A DNA stretch of 64,000 nt from Botryllus schlosseri (Eukaryota), in contig CM119371.1 of assembly GCA_051294905.1 (NCBI GenBank), forward strand, positions 15,192,001-15,256,000. The letters are read 5' to 3'. The translations under genes and the position numbers were made by a program. The notes below the pieces were generated by a model. That model was not told where the DNA came from. It ran no database searches and worked only from the letters and a program-made list of their open reading frames with translations. Shown here piece by piece: positions 39,100 to 51,696 of the stretch (positions are counted from its first letter, which is position 1; the number at the start of each line of letters is the position of its first letter).

Positions 39100-39990
39100 T
39101 CTAGTTATCCAGATATGTCAAAATGTGACGACAATGCACAGTTACACACTCACTATTGTATCGTACCGTAGCGTCATTAACATGGTTGACATTAATATTC
39201 AGATCATAAGCAGGATCGAAAGAATGCAAAACCTAAGCAGAACGGAATCAAGAAGCAATCTACAACTTGGGCAATGGGCATTGAGGTCGAAAGGTAAGCA
39301 AATAACTCTACCATAACAGCATGCCTCAGAGGTACGCCTCATAACAAACTACCATAAGGAGATCGAAACCCTTTGCACGACACAAGTCAAATGCGAAGAC
39401 CCGACGGAAATCACGCAAAAGGAAGTATACGAATAACGAAATTCTGGTCAACGATTCCACCCAACCAAACACCGAGACTACGATCTGGGAGGAACTACGG
39501 CTAACAAAGCGAGACGTAAAATCATGCTTCAGTAATATGGATAGAGTGCTTGCATACAGAATCACTAATAAACCATTTCGCGCGGGTGCAAAAAAAGAAA
39601 AATCCAGCCGGACTTATACCGCAAACATACTGCAGAAAAACAAATACAAACTCCGCAGCGCCGACGATGATACGATGAAGCATATATATATCAAATGCAT
39701 TGCTTACATAAAAAAATTTATATCGTCAGTGCCGATGTCGAAGACCTCGTAAAAATGGACTTCAATGCTATCATGGAAGAAACGTACTACGCCTACGACG
39801 GGCCGCACAAAATAACAACCCTAAGTCAAGAACTGGATATTGTTAATAAATAAAAAACTCAACATCAAAAATAGATAAGTGGCTCGCGAGCAAATCACGG
39901 ATCTCACAAAGCCAATAAGGAGAGATGTAGCAAAACGCCTACAAGAGATGATGGACTGATCGCGAACGCAAGCGTTGTGTGACTTGTATA
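39100..39990 (+). mobile_element. Decayed L1/Tx1-like ORF2 C-terminus
   Basis: IWEELR..AYRITNKP..DDTMKHIYIKC resembles the zf-RVT region. Confidence 0.45.
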
Positions 39991-41124
39991 TCACATTGTA
40001 TATTGTGTGTGTCTTGGACAGATGAAAATATAATCTGTCGATTGTTTGAAACCTATAACGACGATTCAAAACCGCAATTGCGATACGAATGGTAAATGTA
40101 ATATTATTACGTCAGAGCGCATGTATAAATTGTATATGCGAACGTAACCGGCAAAGGACCAACTATTCCGAACTCGTCCTTTCATGATTACAACGTAAAT
40201 ACCAGAAATATAACATGTGGCCACTCTCGTAGTTCACAATATTGAAATCACACCCGCACAGCACCAAGATATGCTCCGATTGGAAATATCTCTCACATAA
40301 TGCATATGGTCTCGTGTGTCTTAATCACACCATTTATGGACCGATTTTCTCAGATGATCCTGCACGACAGGCTGCTACAGTTTCGACTGGGAGGACATGC
40401 AAAAGAAAAGCGAACGAAGCTGCCCGTGAAGCTGAGGAAGATTGGCAACATCGGGACTGCCTCCGACAATGATGATCTGTGGCCCATCGGTGGGTATACA
40501 TTTGTGACAAATGTCTTTGACGTCGCATTCAGCATTGTGTTTTAACTACGGTGGGCACAATGGTTTGAAATAAAATCACCGAAGAAATTTTTCACGGTAG
40601 ATAACATTATTCCATAAAATTGTTGAAATATAAAATATTAATGATTTGTGTCTACTGTTTCAAAATGAGCAAATTTTGGTTTTAGGCATTTTCTAAGCTC
40701 CCTAACAATTTTTTCACCAAGCCGAGTGAATTTTGAAAACAGTTGCTTGACCAACCCTAATTAACACACACACACACACATACGTGAACACACACAGACA
40801 CACTTCAGAGGGATAAATGAGCGTTGGACAGACTTGGATACACTCCAGACATGATACCTGAGTTGTCGACCATAGTACAGAATACAAACCTATGAATAGA
40901 TAAGCAACTCCCGCCGTTAGGCTTGGGCAAGCAGCTTTATTGCTAAGCAATCTAAATACAGCATCATTGGTAGTGGTATAGCTGATGACCCTAGCATTTA
41001 AAATTAATAAACCTGGCCTTAATCGACAACACAAATTAAAAATCGGCATTGTTTTGAACAATTGCTTGACGATGATGTAAATATGTAAACACAGTCAAGG
41101 GACGAGAGAGAGAGGTAGAAGTGG

Positions 41125-41330
41125 GGTATTCGTTTTCGCCTGCACCATCGAGATGCGATATGACCGAAAAGCCACCTAGTCTGAACCCCCATCTTTTCTC
41201 ATCCATGTTCTCCTTGTATGCTAAGTGCCAAACAGGATAGCCGCCAGTTTTTGAGTTTTTCGTCTGACCTGGCCGGGGATCGAACCCACAACCTATCGAT
41301 CAAGTCGTACGCATCACCATTACACTATCT
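41125..41330 (-). mobile_element. tRNA-derived SINE
   Basis: A box (tagtgtaatgg), B box (ggttcgatccc), then ggccaggtcagac...ttggcacttagcat, reminiscent of the MetaSINE core. Related copies at about 43720-43863 and 48890-49038. Confidence 0.7.
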
Positions 41331-43189
41331 TGCTCGGTCAGATACCTTAGTGATACCTGCTACATCTCAGAGATACCCGAAAGACACAATCACACAGTAT
41401 CGCACGCAACATTCATCAATCCTATACTGATAATCGGATGGTACCTTGCTCAACTTGTGGTTATGCCGTGCGTTCGCACTCTCCACAAAGGGATACTGCC
41501 CACCGTCTGATGAGATAACTGCGGATAAGCATCGCTGAGCGCAGTGTTGAGCTGCTCGTAGGCCAGTGGAGAGCTTTAGATGTACAAGTGTACGTACCAT
41601 TGGATGAGCCCAGAAATTGGCGTTCGCTGTGGATGCCGCGAAGAGTCATGTCGCCGTACTTCAGCGTGTTGAAATTTCGAGAGCGGTTTCCATTCTTGCT
41701 ACATAAAATGGACGCAAATATCTTTTGTAGAGCTGAACGTGATTTCTTTCTGGCATTTCGATCAGTTTCCAATTTGACAATGAAAAAGGACTGTAAAAAA
41801 GATTATATTTGTTTAGACAAGATAGATCACTTCGGACTCGTCCCGACTTGAACACAGCCGTAAACAAACACTATTAACACATGTCAGGACAGTGATTCCC
41901 AACCTGGGTGGAATTCTCAACGAGGGGGAATTTGACTTTAGGGCAGTAAAGGGGGGGGGGGTACACCGGAACTTGCCAAACTTTACATGTATTTATGGCA
42001 CAACTACTTGGCCAGAAACTAGTACGTCCGAAATATGTATTACTTTTGCGTTATTTCTAGCTTGAAGTTCGTTTTAATACCATTAAAAATATTCGCCCTC
42101 TCCCGGTTTGCGTTACAAGTGCGGCTAACAATACGATTTAGTGCGGACAACAAATTCCAGCTAACCGGGAAGACTGCCGTATGTTCGCTGATACCTTCGA
42201 TATAGGCTATATATGTCGAATTGTCCATTGTTCATAGAGACGCATAAATGACAAGTGCCGAATAGTCCTGTCTTGGCAATCCGAGCAGCCCTTCAATGCT
42301 ATCCGCAGAGGAAAATGCTGCATCCCGTAAGAAATGCAAACTTGGAATTGTCTGTGTCCCACGAAAGAGGTAACTTCTCTTTCAGTTTCCTCTTGTACAC
42401 AAAATGAACAAGGGTGCAGCCAGAAAAATATTTAGGGGCAAATTTTTCAAGTTTCAAGGGAAATCCCCTCATGGAAAGCCCCACGACCCACATCCATCAA
42501 TGGACAATTTCATCGCTATCCTTTATACAGACGTACACACACATCCTTCCCGTTGTGAATTAAATCTGGTATCAGACGATTGATTAACAAATGAACCCAA
42601 ATCACTAATATTAATGTGATGAAATTAGTCTGAATTCGATCAATAATATTGGTACATGTATGAGCAAATGGAGTCTTCGAAAAGTTACAGCACGTCATTA
42701 TAAATCTCCACACAGTTAGGGCTATATATTCATGAGTACGTCACAGGTCGGCTTTGTAATGATTCAAGTCGACTAGTGAGAGATGATATTTCAAGTACAG
42801 AAATTACAAGCTCCCTGCCACCGAGAGTGAACTTATCAGGGAGAATTATAAATTAGTCCTATTTTCAACGGTGCAAGGCTGTGAACCTTGATTATTCGTA
42901 TTGCAGGATGCGAAACACGTCGTACATAGCCAAACACCTTAGTGGAAACGACACCCGTGAACTTGAGATCAACTCACAGCATTGTATCAGAGTCTGCTTC
43001 TCTCTGATCAATTAACACACGGTTCAATACTTAATTAAGATTTCAAGGCCTTCGATAAGCCCAGTACCCCAAATTGACCGAGATAACAATTCATTAGCGT
43101 TGAGTACATCGTAAATCCCGATAATGCAAGTCTTCTAGCTTCGACGAACTTACGCGTAAGCTCCGCTCTACACTGTACGTACAGTCACT

Positions 43190-46100
43190 TCACAGTCTAA
43201 ACTGTAGCCGCCAGTCGGGCAGGATCATCTGAGAAAAGCGGTCCATAATTGCAACCACTTCAACAGGCAACGAACCGGCATACCTGGACGAGTGACCTTT
43301 ATAATCCCGGTGACTTTCTTAAAGCCGGCTTCGTCGAAGTCAGAGCTGCAGCAACACAAAAACATAGGCGTGTCGAACTTCTAATGTTAATAAAGCTTTT
43401 TTATTTATACTGGCTACTGGATATCGTTATTAAATTGGCTGCAAAAAATGTTGCCAATCAAATTGGACTGAATTCCAACCATAAGTCATTGTAACGACAG
43501 CATACCTTCGTTATTTAGAAGTACCAAGCCATGCGTGCAATCCAGATGTAAGCCGTGCTATTGGTATGTTGTTGTTCTTATTTAATTGTCATATTGAGCA
43601 ATTGTTTACCTTTCTACTGGCATATTTCGTGATTATGATCAATGTTGGTGTAGGATTGTCGCCGGAATAAATTTGGAAGATTTGTATTGTTAGATAGGAT
43701 AGGTTTTCAAGTATTACACCGCCCATCCATGATATCTCTGTTATTGTGAGCGCCAAATTGGAAAGTCGTGGATACCAGTGTTACCAATCAGGTATTTGGT
43801 CTGACCAGGCTGGGTACTGAACCAACCACCTACCGATCGAGAAGCCATAAACTGCACCATTACGATATCTTGTCAGTTGTAAATATCTATGTCTAGAAAT
43901 GAAACAAAACAAATTTGACTCAATCCCATCTCGCGTTAGCAAAGTTACCGCAGTTAGAAAACTTTGGAATTGAAAATCCACTTACGAATATCGGAAGATG
44001 TATTGAACGCCTGGTTCAACTGGAACTCTTATCCTCGGACTACGACGAGGTCCGGCTGTAGTGCCTACGGGCAGGCTTGGAACTGACAAAAAAAAGAAGA
44101 TGAATTCACAAGAGGTATGGACCTAATTATTTCCGCACGGACACACAGTTTCGATTGTATCGTTGCCATGACAAGGAACACTCTACGAGTCAAAACAAGA
44201 AGTTGACTTGAGCATCTATTCAAAAAGCATGATTGAAAATGCTTGTTTGAAGAGTATGACTTAGATGTCGCACTCGCTCCCTTGTGTATATCTAGTGGTG
44301 TTTATGTGTCTACTGTAACCTGTTCCACATACGTTGTATCATGTATTAGTTGCATATTGACGTTATACCATATAATCCTTGAAGTCTTCCTATTTATTCA
44401 TTTATTTTTATGGTAATGAGCCTAGCGCGGAACGTTTTGCAATCGTTAAAATCATTGACACACGTATTTGTCCTTACATTATCAGAAATTTATCGTTTGC
44501 TTTCTCCATCCATACCTCTATAGCGATGGGAGTGTATTTTGCCGTTCTGTACATTTTTGTATACTATATGTTATTTCTATACTAGTGTGTGTTTCATATC
44601 GCAAACCCTGAATTCCTCACTGGTTGTTGTTCTAACATCAAAACATCGCTAGGCAGATCAAGCAGTTGAGTTTTACATCAACCTAGCTACATTATGTCAC
44701 GTAGAGAGAGTGATGACACTTTCATAATATTGCATCACCCTGGGAATATCAATAAGCCTTGCTAATGTTGCATGGCATTCATTGGTTGCAGGCGATTAGG
44801 CGAATTGTGTATGTTGAGGTAGCGCAACGTTTGTAGAGAGGTACGCAGGGGAGTTTAATCATATTATATTGGTTTTAGTTTTCCACCAATCAGTTCATGA
44901 CTTACCTGGGAGCTCTTCCACAATACGACTCGGCTTCTGAACTTTTGACAGAGTCCTGGAAAATAGATGCTGTCTTTAAAATGGATGAGACTAGCGATTA
45001 AGTAATAGGAGAGAAATGACTCTGACTTAACATAGGGTAAATGTGTTGCGTAACAAAGCCCATTATGATGCAGTGAAATTTGCCTGAGATCGCCATCCCG
45101 TATGTAGAATCTAAGTTAGCGGTGCCAATTCTTACTGAAATTCACGGCTAGGAAAGATTTTGTCCGGGTGTAACATAACACGCGCCTCAAAAATCATGAT
45201 TGTGACCACATCACAAGGTTCCGATAAACAAGTCAACTCTACTCGTATAGTTTTGACTCGAGTCATTTTCAATTCATCGCTGTGTCAAGTCTGAGTCCTA
45301 GTCACGGAGCAAATGATCGGAGCCATAGTGATCACAGTTCCTTATCGAGTTCAAGTCAGGTTCAGCCCAGTTTTTCGAAGCCATTGAAGCTTGGTGGATA
45401 TTGAATGTGTCGATAGATGAAGCTTGAATAAAGCCATATAGAAAGTCTCGGGTCATACGACTTGATGAAAGTTAATACACAAAGTGACTCAAGTGGGGTT
45501 AAGTCATTATCCATGTAATAGAAAATGAATTGAGTAAAGTCGAAGAAAAATTTCAACTACAGTCATTACAGCCCAGGGCCAAACTTATTTACCAAGCGCG
45601 CAACCTCACCTGGACGACTTGGGCTTCGATTTGGATTTCGGGTTCGATTTGGACTTTGGCTTCGATTTGGAGTTCGCCATCCCAGCGGGTGTTGTGTCTT
45701 GCTCCCGTGATCTGTCATCTGTCGTAGATTTTGCAACTGAATTTTGGTGACCAATATTTCCAATACTATATGTCGCGACATTTTGCAGGACGGTATCAAG
45801 GACATTCCTCTTGCACGGAGAAATTCAGTGCCAGACCGCCTTCGCATTACTTACACGGTACAATCATAGTAGCTATTGTGATGGATGAAGCACCCATGCT
45901 GGCATAGTAGCTTGTAGCCTGCGAACAACTGCTGGTTTTGATCACAAACAGAACAGCAGTGAAGGAAAAGAGACTGTTAACACATGCCCTCACCTATTCA
46001 AGAAAAAGAGGAAGTTTGCTTCAGATCAAGCCAGAGAAAATATACAAGGGAATGAATTGGAGAAATATTTTTCAGCTCAGCGTGAGAGCATGGGATGGGA

Positions 46101-47930
46101 TGTTTTGAGTTAGAGGTAAAGAGAAATCGTTTTGATCATCCTAAGGCTGCTGCTCGAGAACTCGTGGGTGTGGTTGGAATATCATCTCCATTGGTAAGAG
46201 TTTTCAGCGGTGAATGCAAGAGAACCTCATAGTGAGAGAGAGAGAAAGAGAGAGAGTTTTATAGAGCAAGCCAAACTTGGTGTACAGACGTTTATCATTC
46301 CCATCTGATTTGATATGAGCTGAACTCGAATTTTGCTGTTAATTCTTTTTCATTCAGAATTTCATTCATTTTTTGCGAATTCACTGATTCTGATTCTAAT
46401 CCGATTTGATAAAAAAATTGTGTATCTATAATTCTAATCTAATTACCAAAATCTGTGTAGCTTACACTACTATAATTTCTAAAAAATGGTGCAATTCAAA
46501 TTATAGACTGTGTAGCTCGAATTCTAATACTAATCTAATTTGTAAAAAATTGCGTTATTCAAATTCGAATCAAACTTCGAAAAACTATACTTCTTATGAC
46601 GAGCGGAACTAATACTTCCGACGTATAATGAGTCAGTGGCGTTTGAAAACAGACGTTTGTGCTATCGCTAACGTGGTATATTAATTCCTTCTTGTTCACG
46701 AATATTCAGTTTATGTCATAGTCCTTGAACAAACAAAAAGTAATCGTTCTTTCACAAAAAAAAATCGATTAGATATGGGAAGTAGTCGATAACGATTACT
46801 TCGGATTTTTTGCGAATGTAATCGATTGCGATTACGATTACTTCAAAATGCCGTAATCGTCGTAATCGATTACGATTACTAATCGCGATTACCCCATGCC
46901 TGGTGTGGACACAGCGCGAGTGAACGGCTCACTGCATTTGGGTTATGTCATACTTTCCATTTGACCAAAGGCAACTTTACGGACATTTTTGACTGGATTG
47001 GCGAGCGCAAATTTCGATAAAACGGGTGTTAATGGAAAGCTGCTGCTGTACTGATTACGAATATATAAATTTTATTCTGTTCATGGACCTGGAACCCCCT
47101 AAAATCAGCCTAGTAATTTGCATTGTGATCGAGTTTTGGCATTGTGACGATGGGCATAGGGCATAGAAATTGCAGGTTTTATTATTTAGGTGACATGAGT
47201 TTTATCCTCTGTGCGATTGCACAGGACGTTGCGTTTTAATTTGAGCTGGTGGTCGAGGTAGTCAAGGAAGTATTCAAGTACTATGGGAAGTCGTGTTAGC
47301 CTGAAAACATTGAAGATATTTAGTTTTCCAAGTCTGGTTCCAGAAGCAATTTGGCTGTTTACCAGAACATTCTAATACTTACCTTCATATCCATATTCAA
47401 GTGCCGAGCGGCGCTTTGGCGCCGGCCCGCTCCTATCCGATGAAGACGAGACGGGTCTTTTCCCGCGTCTAATCTCTTGCCCGGAAGAGCTACTTGTTGG
47501 CAATCCTGGACTGCGGTTACTGGAATCTGAATAGGGTATTAATTCTGATGATTCGAGTCGAGTAATGAAATTATACGATCCTTGTCACTAAGAGTGAATT
47601 TAACAACGAGAATTATAGGTTTGATAGTAGAGTGAAATCCTTGAAACCTCGGTAGTTCGTAACACAACGTACGACACACGTCATATAAATCCCCGCAAGT
47701 AGTGGAAACGACACTTCTTTGAAGTCACGATCAACCCACAGCATTATCACCAAGCTTGAACAAATTACCGGTACCAATCTTTGGAACAATCCCAATTTTC
47801 GGACTTTGATGGTTATTATGAGCCCGATTTTACTGTGTCTTTTCAAAATATGTACAACTCAAGCTTTTCAGTACGGTTTGATTAAATTTTAGCGCACGAG
47901 TCGCCAGCTATAGGACTATCAATAATACCA
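43190..47930 (-). pseudogene. Tandem gene-family unit IV (unknown Lys/Ser/Pro-rich protein)
   Basis: Exons ~47920-47383, 45736-45610, 44955-44906 and 44082-43986 have canonical splice sites and compatible phases; further small exons at 43670-43200, one with a stop. Confidence 0.65.
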
Positions 47931-50704
47931 TATACCATATCAAAATAAGACAAGTAACATACCGGTAAGGAAATTTGAATTGGAGGCAGTGATTTCGGAA
48001 TATATCTTATATAAACTTGATTCATTTACAATACTGCTTCTTAAACTTGGCGGGATTTTGATTTTAATAGGTTGGTAACACTTGATGTTCGATTTGGATG
48101 GCATTAGGCCACACCGGAGAAAGATCATAAAGCTGTATCCCATTATACTACAAATAATTTTTCGATCATGATGTTTAAAACCCGAAAAATGATAGCACCT
48201 TCACAGGCAGCTTCGCTTGCTTTTCTCTTGTATGTCGTCTTCATTGGAACTGTGTCAGACAAGGGTCCAGCATTGCCTGCTCAGTACAAATAATTTTACG
48301 ATCAGAATGTTTAAAACCCTGGGAAAAATGACAGCACCTTCACGGCCAGCGTTGCGAGCATTTCTCTTGTAAGTCCTCCTGGCTGTAACTGTACCAGCCA
48401 GTCGTGCGGGATCATCTAAGAAAAGAGATACATAAATGCAACCATTTCAAACTGCAACGTGTCGGCATACCTCGATACGTGATCTTTGTAATTCCGATCA
48501 CTTTCTTAAAGCCGGCCTCATCGAAGTCAGAGCTGCAACAACACAAAAACATAGGAGTGGTGAACTACTAATAAATAATAACTTCTAATAAATCTTTTTA
48601 AATTATACTTGCTACTGGATATCATTGTTAGATTGGCTGCAAAAAACGCTGCACATCAACTTGGGCTGAATTCCAACCATAAGTCATTGTAACGATAGCA
48701 TGCCATCGTTATTTAGAGATACCAAGCCATGCGTGTAATCCAGATGTAAGCCATGCTATTGGTCTGCTGTTTTTCTTATCTAAATTGGCATATTTAGTAG
48801 TTAATATCAATGATATTAGTGTAGGATTGTTGCCGGAATAAATTGGTAAGATTTACATTGTTAGATAGGATAGGTTTTCAAGTCTTAAACAGCCCCATCC
48901 ATGCTATCCCGGTAATTCTGAGCGCCAAGAGGGAAAAGTCATGAATACGAGCGTGACTAATCAGGTCTCTGGTCTGACCCGGCCAGGGATTGAACCCACG
49001 ACCTACCGATCAACAAGCCGGACGCTCCACCATTACGGTGAGAAATCCACTTACGAATATCGGAAGGTGTATTGAACGCCTGGTTCGACTGGCAGCTTTA
49101 TCCTCGGACTACGACGACGTCCGGCTGCAGTGTCTACGGGCAGGATCGGAACTGACAACAAAAAGAAGATGAATTCACTAGAGGTATGGACCTAATTATT
49201 CCCGTATGGACACACAGTTTCGATTATACCAGTGCCGGGACAAGGAGCACTCTACGAGTCAAATACATAAATTGACCTGAACATCTATTCTGAAAGCATG
49301 GTCGAAAATACTTGTTCGAAGAGTATGACTTAGATGTCGCACTCGCTCCCTTGTGTATATCTAGTGGTTTTTATGTGTCTACTGTAACCAGTTCCACATA
49401 CGTTGTATCGTGTATTAGTTACATAATGACGTTATACCATATAATCCTTGAAGTCGTCCTATTTATTCATTTATTTTTATGGTAATGAGCCAAGCACGGA
49501 ACGTTTCGAAATCGTTAAAATCATCAACACACGTATTTGTCCTTACATTATCAGAAATTATCATTTGCTTTTTCCATCTATACCTCAATAGTGGTGGGAG
49601 TGTATTTTGGCATTCTGTACATTTTTATATAAGCTACTATATGTAATTTCTATACTAGTGTGTGTTTCATACCGCAAACCCCTGAATTCTCCACTGGTTG
49701 TTGTTCCAACATCAAAACATCGCTAAGCAGATCAAGCAGTTGAGTTTTACATCAACCTAGCATCATTAGGTGTCGTAGAGAGAGTGATGACACTTTCATA
49801 ATATTGCATCACTCTGTGAATATCAATTAGCCTTGCTAATGTTGCGTGGCATTCATTGGTTGCAGGCGATTAGGCGAATTGTGAATGTTGAGGTAGTGCA
49901 ACGTTTGTAGAGAGGTACGCAGGGTTCAATCGTATTTTATTGGTTTTAGTCTTCCACCAATCAGTTCATGGCTTACCTGGGAGCTCTTCCACAATACGAT
50001 TCGGCTTCTGAACTTTTGACAGACTCCTGGAAAATATATGATGTCGTTAAAATGGATGAGACTGGCGATATTAAAAGTAATAGGGGAGAAATATTACTGG
50101 GGCACTGACTCTGACTTAACATAGGGTAAATGTGTTGCGTAACAAAGCCCATTATGATGCAGCCAAATTGGCCTGAGATCACCATCCCGTATGTTGAATC
50201 CAAGTTAGTAATGCAAATTCTCACCGAAATTCACGACTAGGAAAGATTTTGTCCGGGTGTAACATACCACTCCGTCAAAAAACATGGTTGTAACCACATC
50301 ACAAGGTTCCGAGAAACAAGTCAATTCTACTCGTATAGTTTTGAGTCGAGTCATTTTCAATTCATCGCTGTGTCAAGTCTGAATCCTAGTCACGGAGCAA
50401 ATGATCGGAGCCATAGTGATCACAGTTCCTTATCGAGTTCAAGTCAGGTTCAGCCCAGTTTTTCGAAGCCATTGAAGCTTGGTGGATATTGAATGTGTCG
50501 ATAGATGAAGCTTGAATAAAGCCATATAGAAAGTCTCGGGTCATACGACTTGATGAAAGTTAATACACAAAGTAACTCATATCGAGTCAAGTCATTATCC
50601 ATGTATAACAAAATGACTCGAGTAAAGTCAAAGAAAAATTGCAACTAGAGTCATTACAACCCAGGGCCAAACTTATTTACCGAGCGCACAACCTCACCTG
50701 GACG

Positions 50705-50890
50705 ACTTAGGCTTTGACTTGGATTTCGGCTTTGATTTGGATTCCGGGTTCGATTTGGACTTTGGCTTCGATTTGGATTTCGGGTTCGATTTGGACTTTG
50801 TGTTCGATTTGGATTCCGGGTTCGATCCGGACTTTGGCTTCGATTTGGATTTCGGGTTCGATTTGGACTTTGGGTTCGAATTGGAGTTCG
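50705..50890 (-). repeat. 18-bp coding minisatellite (KSKS[N/K]P)n, about 10 units
   Basis: Repeats such as ttcgatttggactttggc and ttcgatttggatttcggg inside exon 50698-50950. Confidence 0.9.
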
Positions 50891-51081
50891 CCATCGCAGC
50901 GGGCGTTGTGTTTTGCTCCCGTGATCTGTCATCTGTCGTAGATTTTGCAACTGAATTTCGGTGTCCTATATTTCCAATAATATTACTATATGTCTGCGAC
51001 ATTTTGCAGGGCGTTATCAAGGATATTCGTCTCACGCGGAGAAATCCAGTGCCAAGCCGCCATCGCATTACTTACACTGTA

Positions 51082-51696
51082 CAGGGCTGTTCAAAAATAA
51101 CTTTTTATTCCCGATTCAAGCCGTTCACCTCTTAAATCGTCAGGTTGCAGTAGAAAACCTTGCTCACCAAATTTCACTCGATTCCAATCAGTAAAGGCAT
51201 CCGCAGATCCAATTAAAATTTTTAATTTAATATGGAAAATTAAAAAAAAAAAATTTCCAAATTTTTCTGCCAATCCCATGAAATTGTTGAGCCGTCTTCA
51301 AAGACGTTGCAAAACAAATTTGAGTCAATTCCGACCAGTAGAAGCGGAGTTATGTGAGTTTTTCGTTGATAAATCACGGATTATCCACAAATCAAGGATA
51401 ATCCGAGGATTATTATCGAAAAACTCACATAACTCCACTTCTACTGGTCGGAATTGACTCAAATTTGTTTTGCAACGTCTTTGAAGACGGCTCAACAATT
51501 TCATGGGATTGGCAGAAAAATTTGGAATTTTTTTTTTAATTTTCCATAATAAATTAAAAATTTTAATTGGATCTGCGGATGCCTTTACTGATTGGAATCG
51601 AGTGAAATTTGGTGAGCAAGGTTTTCTACTGCAACCTGACGATTTAAGAGGTGAACGGCTTGAATCGGGAAGAAAAAGTTATTTTTGAACAGCCCG
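51082..51696. mobile_element. Palindromic Tc1/mariner-like MITE
   Basis: About 290-bp near-perfect inverted arms starting cagggctgttcaaaaataac, flanked by TA; absent at the paralogous sites near 45858 and 56106. Confidence 0.9.

Noticed and set aside
42040..43190. Coding-like minus-strand stretch next to unit IV
   Set aside because: Many stops and no identifiable motif.
50705..50890. Regular repeat array as a CRISPR-like locus
   Set aside because: Head-to-tail 18-bp units with no unique spacers and no cas genes; it is a coding minisatellite. The plus-strand (DFGFDL)n ORF is its antisense shadow.
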